Sequence record: SRR31156797_1064 | Reading direction: 5' to 3' (one strand) | Length of the DNA: 64,000 nt | Shown here: piece after piece, positions 49,812 through 60,302 of the stretch | How the letters are laid out: each line of letters starts with the position of its first letter | How positions within the stretch are numbered: position 1 is the stretch's first letter | Program-made: the position numbers and the translations under genes | The notes under the pieces: generated by a model | What the model was told of the DNA's origin: nothing | The model's input: the letters and a program-made list of their open reading frames with translations, nothing else | The model's database searches: none

Positions 49812-51278
49812 ATGGATAATGGCATGATGCAGAAAACATCTTTTCAAGACGAACTGGACCGCCTGCAGGAAACTATACAGACATGTGAGGCGTTTCCTGC
49901 TGACCAGGTTATTGCCGGTAAGGGGTATGATGTCAATCCGTCTCTTGAGTTACTGGAGCTGCAAGGGACCGGTATGGCAGATATTGCATTAGGTCGTGCG
50001 AGTGAGCCAGAACCGGGCAAGGAGATGGTGCTGGTGTGGAAGCATCCAAAATCCCTTGCTGTCCACTGCAGGCCGGCTTTACCAAATGACCTGCTGGCAC
50101 TCAAACTTGTCCATGAAACAATCGATTTGACGCAAGCTGCCAACGAAAGTGGTGTCACCGTTGGTGCTGTTGAGGATGTTCTTTTTCAGGCAGTGAAAGA
50201 TGGGCTTGTCCTGAGAGCCCCTTCATTGCTTTGTCGCGATCAGGGTACCTTCCCCACCGAGTTTGATGATCAGGAATATCGGTCAACACCGGTTTTTACC
50301 CTTCAGTGGCATGTCACCCAGGCCTGTGATCTGCACTGCAAGCACTGTTATGACAGGAGCGACCGGGTAACGCTCCCCCTTGATAAGGGGTTGCGCGTGC
50401 TTGATGATATGCACCGTTTTTGTCACCAGAATAATGTGCTGGGGCAGATTACCTTTACCGGTGGTAATCCTTTGATGTATCCACGATTCAAAGACCTCTA
50501 TAGGGCTGCAGCAGATAGGGGATTTATGTTGGCTATTTTGGGAAATCCGACTTCGGCATCCATCATGGATGAAATTGTTGCTGTTCAGCAGCCTGAATTC
50601 TATCAGGTAAGCCTGGAAGGGTTGGCGGAGCATAATGATGCTATCCGTGGAGAGGGCCATTATCAGCGGGTTATGGATTTTTTAAAGATCCTGCAGCAAA
50701 AACAGATCTATTCAATGGTTATGTTGACCCTGACCCAGGCTAACTACCAGCAGGTTATCCCCCTTGCCGAGCAGTTACGGGATAAGGCTGATCTGTTTGT
50801 ATTTAACAGGTTGACTCTCTTTGGCGAAGGAGCAGCCCTCAAGCCGGTTGAAGATGCAGTTTTCGAGGATTTTCTTAAACGTTACCAGGAAGCAGCTAAA
50901 GAAAATCCGATTATGGCGTTTAAAGATAACCTGTTCAACCGTATTAATCATTGCGCAGATAATCCCCTCTTTGGCGGTTGCGCAGGCTTTGGCTGCGGTG
51001 CAGCCTTCAATTTTGTTTCACTGCTTCCAGATGGAGAGGTCCACGCTTGTCGTAAACTGCCCTCTTATATGGGAAATATCTTTGAGCAATCTTTGCAGGA
51101 GATCTATCAGTCGGAAAAGGCAAAAAAGTACCGTGTCGGCAGTGCTGCCTGCGCTGACTGCAGTATTAAGATTGCCTGCCGGGGGTGCCTGGCAGTAGTG
51201 GCCGGCCATGGCCTTGACCCCTTTGTTGACCGTGACCCTTATTGTCCTGGAATTGTATCGCAGGATCAGGACAATTGA
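49812..51278 (+). CDS. sbtM: Radical SAM/SPASM RiPP maturase, SbtM ('selenobiotic', thio/seleno-oxazole) family
   Basis: Long N-terminal extension, FTLQWHVTQACDLHCKHCYDRS, TGGNP, SPASM GGCAGFGCGAAFNF...ACRK...CADC...CRGCLA...DPYC. Family assignment is from recalled motifs. Confidence 0.78.
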   Translation: MDNGMMQKTSFQDELDRLQETIQTCEAFPADQVIAGKGYDVNPSLELLELQGTGMADIALGRASEPEPGKEMVLVWKHPKSLAVHCRPALPNDLLALKLVHETIDLTQAANESGVTVGAVEDVLFQAVKDGLVLRAPSLLCRDQGTFPTEFDDQEYRSTPVFTLQWHVTQACDLHCKHCYDRSDRVTLPLDKGLRVLDDMHRFCHQNNVLGQITFTGGNPLMYPRFKDLYRAAADRGFMLAILGNPTSASIMDEIVAVQQPEFYQVSLEGLAEHNDAIRGEGHYQRVMDFLKILQQKQIYSMVMLTLTQANYQQVIPLAEQLRDKADLFVFNRLTLFGEGAALKPVEDAVFEDFLKRYQEAAKENPIMAFKDNLFNRINHCADNPLFGGCAGFGCGAAFNFVSLLPDGEVHACRKLPSYMGNIFEQSLQEIYQSEKAKKYRVGSAACADCSIKIACRGCLAVVAGHGLDPFVDRDPYCPGIVSQDQDN

Positions 51279-51427
51279 CCGTTATAATCTATACAAACCT
51301 CCTGTTGTGTTTCCCTCGAGAGGTGGGTATAAACACTCCAAAGAAAAATATAGAGGGGATGCCCATCTAAAAGAGATGTCGCGTTGAACATGAATACGCC
51401 AGAAATAATCAAAAGGATACCTGTAAC

Positions 51428-53113
51428 ATGAGTACAAATGAGCCAAACAAGATCATCTATTCGATGATCAAGGTCAGTAAAAAATACAAAGATAAACAAA
51501 TTTTAAAAAATATTTCCCTTTCCTACTTCTACGGGGCCAAAATTGGAGTGCTTGGCTTAAACGGTTCCGGAAAAAGTACTTTGTTACGGATTTTGGCCGG
51601 TATTGATCAGGAGTTTGACGGTAAAACCGTAATGTCAGACGGTTTTACCATTGATTATCTGCCTCAGGAACCAGTTTTTGATGCCGACAAGACCGTTCGT
51701 GAGGTGGTGGAAGAGGGGGCCCAGGCAACCTTGGATTTGATGGCTGAATTTAATGCCATCAACGAGCAGTTTGCTGAACCCATGGATGATGATGCCATGC
51801 AGGCACTGCTGGATCGGCAGGCTGAGGTGCAGGATAAACTGGATGTACTTGATGCCTGGAACCTGGACAGTAAGCTGGATATGGCCATGGATGCCTTACG
51901 GTGCCCACCTGGTGATATGAAAATGGACGTGCTTTCCGGCGGAGAGCAGCGGCGGGTAGCTCTTTGCCGAATTTTACTTAAACAGCCAGATATTTTGCTC
52001 CTTGATGAACCGACCAACCATTTGGATGCCGAGTCTGTCTCGTGGTTGGAACAGCACCTGCAAAAATATGCAGGAACCGTTATTGCGGTGACCCATGATC
52101 GTTATTTTCTCGATAATGTGGCCGGCTGGATTCTGGAACTTGACCGTGGTCAGGGTATCCCCTGGAAAGGAAATTATTCTTCATGGTTGGATCAGAAGGG
52201 AAAACGACTGTCCCAGGAAGAAAAGAAAGAGAGTAAGCGACAGCGGACGCTGCAGCGGGAGCTGGACTGGATTCGTTTAAGTCCCAAGGGGAAGCGCTCC
52301 AAATCTAAGGCGCGTATAACAGCTTACGAGAAGTTGTTGAGCCAGGAGTCAGACAAGCTTGATAGTGATCTGGAACTGTATCTACCGCCTGGCCCTCGGC
52401 TAGGTAAGGTGGTTATTGAAGCAGAGGGCTTGACCAAAGCTTTTAACGATCGTGTTCTTGTTGAAAACCTGAATTTTTCGCTGCCGCCTGGTGGTATTGT
52501 CGGTATTGTCGGACCTAATGGTGCGGGTAAATCAACGCTGTTTAAGATGATTACCGGTCAAGAGGAGCCTGATCAAGGAACGATTCGGATTGGAGATACT
52601 GTGAAGTTGGCCTATGTGGACCAGAGCCGTGACAGCTTGGATCCGAATCAGAATATCTGGGAAGCCATTTCAGAAGGACAGGATACCATTTGGCTCGGGA
52701 CCCAGGAGTATAATTCGCGTGCTTATGTTGCTAAGTTTAATTTTACTGGCAGCGAGCAGCAGAACAAGGTGAGTGAAATATCCGGTGGTCAGCGCAATCG
52801 AGTTCACCTGGCATGTACTTTAAAAGAGGGGGGGAATGTACTGCTTTTGGATGAGCCGACCAATGATCTAGATGTGAATACCATGAGGGCACTGGAAGAG
52901 GCGTTGGAAAATTTCGCCGGTTGCGCAGTGGTTATCAGCCATGATCGTTGGTTTTTAGATAGGATTGCCACGCATATTATGGCCTTTGAAGGAGATTCTG
53001 AAGTAGTCTGGTTTGAAGGTAATTACTCTGACTATGAGCAGGATTATAAGCGGCGGAAAGGGGCAGATGCTGACCAACCTCATCGGATACGGTATCGGCA
53101 GTTGACCCGTTAA
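51428..53113 (+). CDS. ettA: ABC-F energy-dependent translational throttle protein
   Basis: GAKIGVLGLNGSGKST, two ABC cassettes, PWKGNYSSWL, C-terminal PHRIRYRQL. Confidence 0.95.
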   Translation: MSTNEPNKIIYSMIKVSKKYKDKQILKNISLSYFYGAKIGVLGLNGSGKSTLLRILAGIDQEFDGKTVMSDGFTIDYLPQEPVFDADKTVREVVEEGAQATLDLMAEFNAINEQFAEPMDDDAMQALLDRQAEVQDKLDVLDAWNLDSKLDMAMDALRCPPGDMKMDVLSGGEQRRVALCRILLKQPDILLLDEPTNHLDAESVSWLEQHLQKYAGTVIAVTHDRYFLDNVAGWILELDRGQGIPWKGNYSSWLDQKGKRLSQEEKKESKRQRTLQRELDWIRLSPKGKRSKSKARITAYEKLLSQESDKLDSDLELYLPPGPRLGKVVIEAEGLTKAFNDRVLVENLNFSLPPGGIVGIVGPNGAGKSTLFKMITGQEEPDQGTIRIGDTVKLAYVDQSRDSLDPNQNIWEAISEGQDTIWLGTQEYNSRAYVAKFNFTGSEQQNKVSEISGGQRNRVHLACTLKEGGNVLLLDEPTNDLDVNTMRALEEALENFAGCAVVISHDRWFLDRIATHIMAFEGDSEVVWFEGNYSDYEQDYKRRKGADADQPHRIRYRQLTR

Positions 53114-53183
53114 GATGTTAAGGACCTTTTTCGCATATGAACCTGTAACCAATACTAACGGTTTCAACAAAAGGAGGGAAGTG

Positions 53184-54434
53184 ATGAATAAAATGTTTGC
53201 AGCAGGTGCAGCCTTATTTGTGTCCGGCGTTTTTGCATCTGGTGTCAGTGCTGCCAATGACCCCGGTGTGGACATCACAGGAGACGCTAGAGCGCGAGTG
53301 ATCTATAAGGACAAATATGATTTTGGCAACTCAGACAAAGATGCAGCCAGCTATGGCGACAGTCGTGTCCGTTTTGTTCTATCCGGTACAGCAGCAGGCG
53401 GCGCTTATGCAAAAGGTCGGCTGCGTCTGGGAGATACCAAAATGGATGGGGCGGCAGATCCTGCTAATGATAATAATATATGGGTTGATTATGCTTATAT
53501 CGGCGTCCCCATCGGGCCGACGGTTGTTGAAGCTGGTAAGATTAAATCCAATATCACCAAGTTTCTTCAGTGGGATCAAAGTGTCGCTCGATTAAGTGTT
53601 GATTGGGGAGTTGATAAATATCACATCATTGGTCTCGTCGATACTTGGAGTGAGGGACAGGTGTCTGATGTTGAGATTGATCAAATTGAAGACAATGACT
53701 GGATGATGTATGGCTTGGTTGCCAAAGGCGATTTTAGCGAGAACTGTTTTGCTCAGCTTAACCTTGCATATTTCGATGACCAGCGAGATGAATTTGCTTC
53801 GGGGCAGTACGTAGAGGGTAGAAGCGGTGTGGTAGCCTCTGTGTATATGAGTGGTCTCTTGATGAATTTTGGTTTGGAAACCGAGCTTGCCTTTAAAGAG
53901 GCCAGTTTTATTAATTCAAGCATGGAAGGGAATGGTGAATCCAATCCCAATAACCAAGATCCAGACGATGGATGGGGCTGGTATGGTAATGTAGATTACC
54001 CCATGGGTAATTTTACTCCGTCATTGAACATCGGTCTGTCTACAAATAATTTTGCCGTAGATAATGATTTTGGCTGGATTATGACCGGTAATGGTAACAA
54101 TGAACCTATTGCCGTGTTTAATCAATTGGGCGTTGAGGGCGACTGGTACTGGATTGCCCCATCTGTTACATATGACATCAGCGAACAGTTGCGCCTGGTC
54201 GGTAATTTTGTCTGGGTGAGCATTGATGGCAATGACAATGTGGCAGTCGATGATAAGCGGCTGGCTAACCTGATGGAAATTTCCGGTTCCTTGACCTATG
54301 TGATCTCCAAAGGAGCAGATTTTACCTGGAAGGCGGGGTATCTCCAACCTGATTTTGACGGACGTCTCGATGGCGCCGGAGTCGAAGATGATGGAGCCTT
54401 TGGTACTTATGCGAGGCTGGAAGTAAAATTCTAA
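53184..54434 (+). CDS. Outer-membrane porin
   Basis: Signal peptide, beta-strand pattern (ITGDARAR, VDYAYI), C-terminal YARLEVKF; RBS AAGGAGG. Confidence 0.8.
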   Translation: MNKMFAAGAALFVSGVFASGVSAANDPGVDITGDARARVIYKDKYDFGNSDKDAASYGDSRVRFVLSGTAAGGAYAKGRLRLGDTKMDGAADPANDNNIWVDYAYIGVPIGPTVVEAGKIKSNITKFLQWDQSVARLSVDWGVDKYHIIGLVDTWSEGQVSDVEIDQIEDNDWMMYGLVAKGDFSENCFAQLNLAYFDDQRDEFASGQYVEGRSGVVASVYMSGLLMNFGLETELAFKEASFINSSMEGNGESNPNNQDPDDGWGWYGNVDYPMGNFTPSLNIGLSTNNFAVDNDFGWIMTGNGNNEPIAVFNQLGVEGDWYWIAPSVTYDISEQLRLVGNFVWVSIDGNDNVAVDDKRLANLMEISGSLTYVISKGADFTWKAGYLQPDFDGRLDGAGVEDDGAFGTYARLEVKF

Positions 54435-54458
54435 CCCCCCTTTTTTTCAACTGGTGTG

Positions 54459-54489
54459 AAAGCGGGTCCTGCATGGGCCCGCTTTTTTT
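54459..54489 (+). terminator. Intrinsic terminator
   Basis: AAAGCGGGTCC-TGCAT-GGGCCCGC followed by a T run. Confidence 0.85.
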
Positions 54490-54614
54490 GGTGGCAGCTG
54501 GCTGGACTTGTGGTTACTCGTAGCTATTGTTTATCTATCTTTGCAGAATGTTTACGCTTGCCTTTGTGCTACGTTGTGGTAGATGTCGGTGACGGTGTTG
54601 ATCATCGTTCTATG

Positions 54615-54631
54615 CTAGAAACGGTTTCTAG
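54615..54631. promoter_or_regulatory. Perfect palindrome upstream of metX, candidate operator
   Basis: CTAGAAAC-G-GTTTCTAG, 60 bp upstream of the metX start. Confidence 0.45.
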
Positions 54632-54690
54632 TCATTGTTGCTTGAATTTTGTGTTTTTTGAAACCTACTATGTTTGACTGAATAAAAACC

Positions 54691-55842
54691 ATGGTCACGT
54701 CAACAGTTAATAATAAACGAAAATCGCTGGTGGAGCGGCAATATTACACTTTTGCTCATTCGCCCCACGAGATGGTATTGGACTGCGGGGAAAAATTAGG
54801 GCCGATTACCTTAGCCTATGAGACCTGGGGAACTCTTAATGCACAAAAAAACAATGCTATTCTTATCCACCATGCTTTTTCAGGAGATTCGCATGTTGCC
54901 GGTTATTTGAAAGAGGAGGATGAGCGTCCTGGCTGGTGGGACAACATGGTCGGATCGGGTAAGCCTATTGATACCGACAAATTTTTTGTTATCTGCTCTA
55001 ATATCCTCGGCAGTTGTGTAGGCTCAACAGGGCCATCTTCAATCAATCCGGACTCTGGAAAACCCTATGGGCTCAATTTTCCCATGGTGACCATCAAGGA
55101 CATGGTGCGAGCACAGAGGGAGCTTATTGATCATCTCGATATAAAAAAGCTGCTCTCTGTCATCGGTGGTTCTGTTGGAGGAATGCAGGTGCTGCGCTGG
55201 TGTGTGGAGTATCCGGAGATGGTTCTCTCGGCCATTCCTTTGGCAACAACTATCCGCCACTCTGCCCAGGCCATTGCCTTTAATGAGGTTGCCAGGCAGG
55301 CGATCATGGCCGATCCGGATTGGAATCAAGGCGATTACTATAACGGTTCCGGGCCAACCCATGGCCTGGCAGTAGCAAGGATGATTGGACATGTGACTTA
55401 TCTCTCTGATGATGCCATGCGTGAGAAGTTTGGTCGCAGACTCTACCGGGATACCCTCTCTTTTGGTTTTGACAGTGATTTTCAGGTTGAGAGTTACCTC
55501 CATCACCAGGGGAAAAAATTTGTCGATCGTTTTGATGCCAATTCCCTATTATACATCACCAAGGCGGCGGACTATTTTGACCTTGACCGCGGTGAAGGGA
55601 GCCTGCTTGTAAATGAAGGGCTTGCCAATGTGAAATTTCTCGTCGTTTCCTTTAGTTCAGATTGGCTCTATCCAACGTATCAGTCAAAAGCTTTGGTCTC
55701 TGCGCTCAAGAAAAACGGAAGCGATGTCAGTTTTTGTGAAATTGAGGCGCCGGGAGGGCACGATGCCTTTTTACTGCCTAATGAGCGTCTCAATGGATTA
55801 ATCAATGGCTTTTTAGGTAGAGTGTATGATGAACAGTGCTGA
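54691..55842 (+). CDS. metX: Homoserine O-acetyltransferase
   Basis: LAYETWGTLN, HAFSGDSH, GWWD, GGSVGGMQ, RFDANS, SDWLYP, GHDAFL. Confidence 0.95.
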   Translation: MVTSTVNNKRKSLVERQYYTFAHSPHEMVLDCGEKLGPITLAYETWGTLNAQKNNAILIHHAFSGDSHVAGYLKEEDERPGWWDNMVGSGKPIDTDKFFVICSNILGSCVGSTGPSSINPDSGKPYGLNFPMVTIKDMVRAQRELIDHLDIKKLLSVIGGSVGGMQVLRWCVEYPEMVLSAIPLATTIRHSAQAIAFNEVARQAIMADPDWNQGDYYNGSGPTHGLAVARMIGHVTYLSDDAMREKFGRRLYRDTLSFGFDSDFQVESYLHHQGKKFVDRFDANSLLYITKAADYFDLDRGEGSLLVNEGLANVKFLVVSFSSDWLYPTYQSKALVSALKKNGSDVSFCEIEAPGGHDAFLLPNERLNGLINGFLGRVYDEQC

Positions 55843-56458
55843 TACGTCGTGTACAACCATGCGTTTTGATCTCCAGGTTATCGCTTCATGGATTGCTTCC
55901 GGCTCTCGGGTTCTTGATCTTGGTTGTGCCAATGGTGACTTGTTGGCCTATCTCAAAGAACATCATCAGGTGAAGGGAACAGGGATCGATTTTTCCGAGG
56001 AAAAAGTTGCCCGTTGTATTGAGCGCGGTTTAACAGTTCTTCAGGGTGATTTTCGAGAGGAAGTGGGTGATTACCCCAAGAATAGATTTGATGTGGTGGT
56101 GCTGAGCCAGACCCTGCAGCAAATAAGGGACCCGAAGGAGCTGTTACTCGATCTGCTGCGCATCGGCAAGCGGGTGATCGTCAGTTTCCCTAATTTTGCC
56201 CACTGGTCATGCCGGTTGCAGGTTCTTTTTTTCGGAACGGCACCGGTAACGGATCAGCTACCCTATGACTGGTACAATACACCGAATATTCGGGTGATTT
56301 CGATTCGAGATTTTCACCGGTTTTTACACATGATTGGGGTAAGGGTGGTTAAAGAGGTGGCAATTAATACCCATCATCATGATTGTGAAGGTAATACAGT
56401 TCGTTACTTGAAAAATTGCAGAGCCACCTACGGTATTATGATGTTGGAGCGAGTATAA
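55826..56458 (+). CDS. metW: Methionine biosynthesis protein MetW
   Basis: RVLDLGC..G.LL, LSQTLQ, VSFPNFAHW, LPYDWYNTPNI; directly follows metX. Confidence 0.93.
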   Translation: MMNSADTSCTTMRFDLQVIASWIASGSRVLDLGCANGDLLAYLKEHHQVKGTGIDFSEEKVARCIERGLTVLQGDFREEVGDYPKNRFDVVVLSQTLQQIRDPKELLLDLLRIGKRVIVSFPNFAHWSCRLQVLFFGTAPVTDQLPYDWYNTPNIRVISIRDFHRFLHMIGVRVVKEVAINTHHHDCEGNTVRYLKNCRATYGIMMLERV

Positions 56459-57465
56459 TGGCGACTACTATTAAGGGTGATCTCCCCTGCGGACAGCAGG
56501 AGCTGATCGCCAGTACATGCAGCACTGATTGCAGCACCGATGCTGCAGGAGCAGCGAAGATTGTTAATCCGATTCCAGCAGTTGTGGAAGAATTGGCTGA
56601 AGAATTTAAGAGCGGACGTTTGACCAGTCACATTGAACCGGTTCCTATCCCTTCCAAAGAGGAGGTGATAAATCTGGTTGAGCAGGTGCAGCGGATTTTG
56701 TTCCCAGGTTTTTTTACATCCATGATTCTGCGGCCTGAAAATCTTGAATATTATTTGGGCCAGCAACTCAGCTTGCTGTATGAAAATCTGGCTAAGCAGA
56801 TCAGTTCGGCAATTCGGCACGATTGTTTCCGCCATAACCAGGAGTGTACCCGCTGTGGTGAACGTAGTTATGAAATTGCCGCAGGGCTGGTGGAGTCGTT
56901 GCCGCAAATACGTAGACTGCTTGAGTCGGATATTGAGGCAACTCTTGAAGGTGACCCGGCAGCCGCGAACCGGGACGAGGTTATATTTAGCTACCCCGGA
57001 CTGTTTGCAACCCTGGTTTATCGTTTAGCCCACAAGCTATACCAATTGAAGGTACCACTTCTGCCGCGGATAATGAGTGAGCATGCCTTTCATCGGACAG
57101 CCATTGATATCAATCCGGCAGCAACCATCGGCGGTAAATTTTTTATAGATCATGGCGCAGGGGTTGTTATTGGTGCCACTACCCAAATCGGCTGCCAGGT
57201 CCGTATTTATCAGGGGGTAACACTTGGTGCGTTGTCACTGCCAAGAGATGCCGGTGAAAAACTGCGCAACGTCAAGCGTCATCCAACCATTGAGGATAAT
57301 GTTATTATTTATGCCAATGCGACCATTCTTGGTGGCGAAACCGTGGTCGGTGCTCGCTCGGTGATTGGAGGTAACGTGTGGGTGACTGAGTCTATAAGTC
57401 CAGATACCAAGGTTCTACTTGAACAGCCTCAGCTTTTATACCTGGGGCAGGGAGAAGAGATATGA
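56458..57465 (+). CDS. cysE: Serine O-acetyltransferase (long form)
   Basis: [40 protein letters not shown]. Confidence 0.93.
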   Translation: MATTIKGDLPCGQQELIASTCSTDCSTDAAGAAKIVNPIPAVVEELAEEFKSGRLTSHIEPVPIPSKEEVINLVEQVQRILFPGFFTSMILRPENLEYYLGQQLSLLYENLAKQISSAIRHDCFRHNQECTRCGERSYEIAAGLVESLPQIRRLLESDIEATLEGDPAAANRDEVIFSYPGLFATLVYRLAHKLYQLKVPLLPRIMSEHAFHRTAIDINPAATIGGKFFIDHGAGVVIGATTQIGCQVRIYQGVTLGALSLPRDAGEKLRNVKRHPTIEDNVIIYANATILGGETVVGARSVIGGNVWVTESISPDTKVLLEQPQLLYLGQGEEI

Positions 57466-58388
57466 ACACTCATTTGTGCAAAAATATAGCTGACGCTGTG
57501 GGTGCAACACCGCTGGTGAAGTTGAAAAATACCTCAGCAAGGTTGGGGATTGAGTTGTTTGCCAAGCTGGAGTCGATGAATCCTCTCGGCAGCGTTAAAG
57601 ATCGGGTAGCGCTTGCCATGATCACCGATGCCGAGGAGTCAGGGCTGCTCACAGCCGATTCCGTTATCATTGAACCAACCAGCGGCAACACTGGTATTGG
57701 TTTGGCCTTTTTGAGTGCCAGTCGTGGCTATCGGTTAATTTTAACCATGCCAGAGAGTATGAGCATTGAGCGGCGAAAACTTTTGAAGCACCTGGGCGCT
57801 GAGCTGGTCTTGACCCCGGCTGCACAAGGTATGAAAGGAGCCATCGCCAAAGCAGAGGAACTGCAGCAGACTACCCCTGGTTCCTGGATGCCCAACCAGT
57901 TTGCAAATCCTGCCAATCCGGCTATGCATAGAAAAACAACCGGTCCGGAAATATGGGAACAAACCCAGGGGCAACTTGATATCTTTATTGCCGGTGTGGG
58001 GACTGGCGGCACCATCACCGGTGCTGGCGGTTACCTGAAAGAAAAGGAACCGCAGATCACGGTAGTTGCAGTGGAACCTGCCGCGTCACCAGTTCTTTCC
58101 GGCGGTAACCCCGGCCCCCATAAGATTCAGGGGATAGGTGCCGGTTTTGTTCCAGATATTTTAGATCGTACGGTTATCGATGAAATTATCCAGGTCGAAA
58201 ATGAAGAGGCTGTGCTTCAGGCTCGAGAGATTGCCCGTTGTGAAGGTATCTTGGCGGGGATTTCATGTGGTGCTGCAATGGCTGGTGTTTTTAAGATTGC
58301 GGCAAAGTCTGAGCATGCTGGTAAACGAGTTGTAGTGGTGCTGCCTGATACCGGGGAGCGATATTTAAGCACCGATCTGATGATCTAA
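57462..58388 (+). CDS. cysK: Cysteine synthase A
   Basis: [50 protein letters not shown]. Confidence 0.96.
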   Translation: MNTHLCKNIADAVGATPLVKLKNTSARLGIELFAKLESMNPLGSVKDRVALAMITDAEESGLLTADSVIIEPTSGNTGIGLAFLSASRGYRLILTMPESMSIERRKLLKHLGAELVLTPAAQGMKGAIAKAEELQQTTPGSWMPNQFANPANPAMHRKTTGPEIWEQTQGQLDIFIAGVGTGGTITGAGGYLKEKEPQITVVAVEPAASPVLSGGNPGPHKIQGIGAGFVPDILDRTVIDEIIQVENEEAVLQAREIARCEGILAGISCGAAMAGVFKIAAKSEHAGKRVVVVLPDTGERYLSTDLMI

Positions 58389-58404
58389 CCAGGGGAGTGG
58401 TATT

Positions 58405-58854
58405 GTGGGAAAAATAATTTCATTAAATGTTAGCAAGGAAAAAGGTGTCAATAAAGAGCCGGTTGAAAGCATCACGTTGCGTGTAGATCATGGGATTGAA
58501 GGTGATGCCCATGCGGGTAACTGGCATAGACAGGTAAGCCTTCTGGCTGAAGAATCCATAGACTTTATGCGTAACAAAGGGCTGGAACTTGATCCTGGTG
58601 CTTTTGCTGAAAACATAACCACTTATGGTCTTGAACTGGCGACTCTTCCTGTTGGGAGTTTGTTGGAGAGCAATGATGTCGTGCTCGAAATTACCCAGAT
58701 AGGAAAAAAATGCCACCAGGGATGTGCAATTTTCCAGCAGGTTGGTGATTGCATTATGCCGCGGGAGGGGGTTTTTGCCAAAGTGGTTAAACCAGGGGTG
58801 CTTCGACGTGGTGATGAATTACAGGTAAAGGGTACTCAGGAAGGGACGAAATAA
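58405..58854 (+). CDS. MOSC domain protein
   Basis: GIEGDAHAG.WHRQVSLL, PGAFAEN, TQIGKKCH..C, CIMPREG. Confidence 0.9.
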   Translation: MGKIISLNVSKEKGVNKEPVESITLRVDHGIEGDAHAGNWHRQVSLLAEESIDFMRNKGLELDPGAFAENITTYGLELATLPVGSLLESNDVVLEITQIGKKCHQGCAIFQQVGDCIMPREGVFAKVVKPGVLRRGDELQVKGTQEGTK

Positions 58855-58856
58855 GG

Positions 58857-59531
58857 ATGGTTAAAAAAACAAGTTGTGATCGTTGCGGCGCTTGTTGCCT
58901 TCAAGGGGGGGCGGCGCTGCACACCCAGGATTTGCAGTTAATTCAGGGGAGGAAATTAACATATGAAGATTTGGTGACAGTTCGTCAAGGCGAGCTGGCT
59001 TTTCACCCCATGGCTTCCGAGGCTGGCCCGGTAGCGCATGAGTTTTTAAAGCTGCAGGGAAAAACAGGGAGCTGGAGCTGCAAGTTTTATGATGATGATT
59101 TCTTACGGTGCAGTATTTACCAGGATCGACCGCTTGCCTGCAGAGTGTTGGAGTGCACGGCTCCAGAAGCACTTTTGAACATTACTGGGAAAAATCTGAT
59201 TACCCGGTTTGATTGTATTGATGATGACGACCCCTTGCTGCCTGTTATCAGGGAGCACGAGACCAGTTGTCCCTGTCCTGATTTAAGCACTGTTAACCGT
59301 AAGCTAGATGAGGGGGGGGCAGACCAGAAACTGTTACAATCGCTGGAGGCCGCAGTCAACCTTGATTTGAGGTATCGAACCCTTGGCAGCAGAAAATTTC
59401 AGTTGCCTGTAGCCAGTGAACTTTTTTATTTTGGCAGACCACTGTTTCAGTTACTTGCACCTTTGGGGATTGCGGCTGTCCAACAGGAAGAGGGGCTGAT
59501 ACTCTCTATTAAAGATAGAGGTAACCGGTAA
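58857..59531 (+). CDS. YkgJ-family cysteine-cluster protein
   Basis: CDRCGACC ... CKF ... CSIYQDRPLACR. Confidence 0.88.
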   Translation: MVKKTSCDRCGACCLQGGAALHTQDLQLIQGRKLTYEDLVTVRQGELAFHPMASEAGPVAHEFLKLQGKTGSWSCKFYDDDFLRCSIYQDRPLACRVLECTAPEALLNITGKNLITRFDCIDDDDPLLPVIREHETSCPCPDLSTVNRKLDEGGADQKLLQSLEAAVNLDLRYRTLGSRKFQLPVASELFYFGRPLFQLLAPLGIAAVQQEEGLILSIKDRGNR

Positions 59532-59585
59532 CATGACCGGCTACTTTTTCTCTGATGGTGAAGCTGAGTCGGTTTAAGAAAATTA

Positions 59586-59948
59586 TTACGGGTGCTGTTT
59601 GTCAAATATGGACAGCGCGCCTTTGGGGCTTTCTGCTGAGATAATCTCTTTTTCTTCGTAGCCTTGAGAATAGAGTGTTGCCTCCCACCAGTCATTGCCT
59701 TTAAGGCCAAAGATAATACTGACGGCGATGGAGAGGATGTTTATGATGCTGTCTCCTCTCGCACCCATTTCGGCTTGGCCGATAATGGCACCAAGGAGGA
59801 GAGAGGCCAAGAACAGCGCCGTGCCTGTAAGCCACATTTTTTTAGCAATGGCCCAGAAACAGCTGAAGAAAAAGGCGGGCCATGACCAGCCCTGTTTTAC
59901 TGCTTCGGTTGTTCCGTCCGGGTGTCTGAAAATTTTATAGTGCTGCAT
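59586..59948 (-). CDS. DUF2628-like small membrane protein
   Basis: EAVKQGWSWPAFFF..FWA..KKMW, two TM segments, GNDW....L...GY. Confidence 0.8.
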   Translation of the reverse strand: MQHYKIFRHPDGTTEAVKQGWSWPAFFFSCFWAIAKKMWLTGTALFLASLLLGAIIGQAEMGARGDSIINILSIAVSIIFGLKGNDWWEATLYSQGYEEKEIISAESPKGALSIFDKQHP

Positions 59949-60302
59949 ACAATGTAACTTTTGCCTGTTTGTCAAGTATTGTCAGTGAGGGGGCTGGGTC
60001 ACAATATCGTAGGTGGAAATCGTTACGATGGCTCGCTGTACGCCCCTATGGTCTAGGCCGAAGGTCAGTCCATTCGATACCATCTTCTTCAGTATTTGGG
60101 CAGTAGAAAAATCTACTATGATTTACTACCAAAAAACTTTGAACTGGCACCGCCTGAACTGATGAAAAATCCCAATTAGCTTAAAGTAATAAAGATTGGC
60201 GAAAAAGCAATCCCAGGTAGACAAAGGGATGTAAAATAGACCTCCCACATGCCGCTTCAAAAACAGAAATATGTTCCCAGCAGCTCTTTGCCAATTGTCC
60301 CG

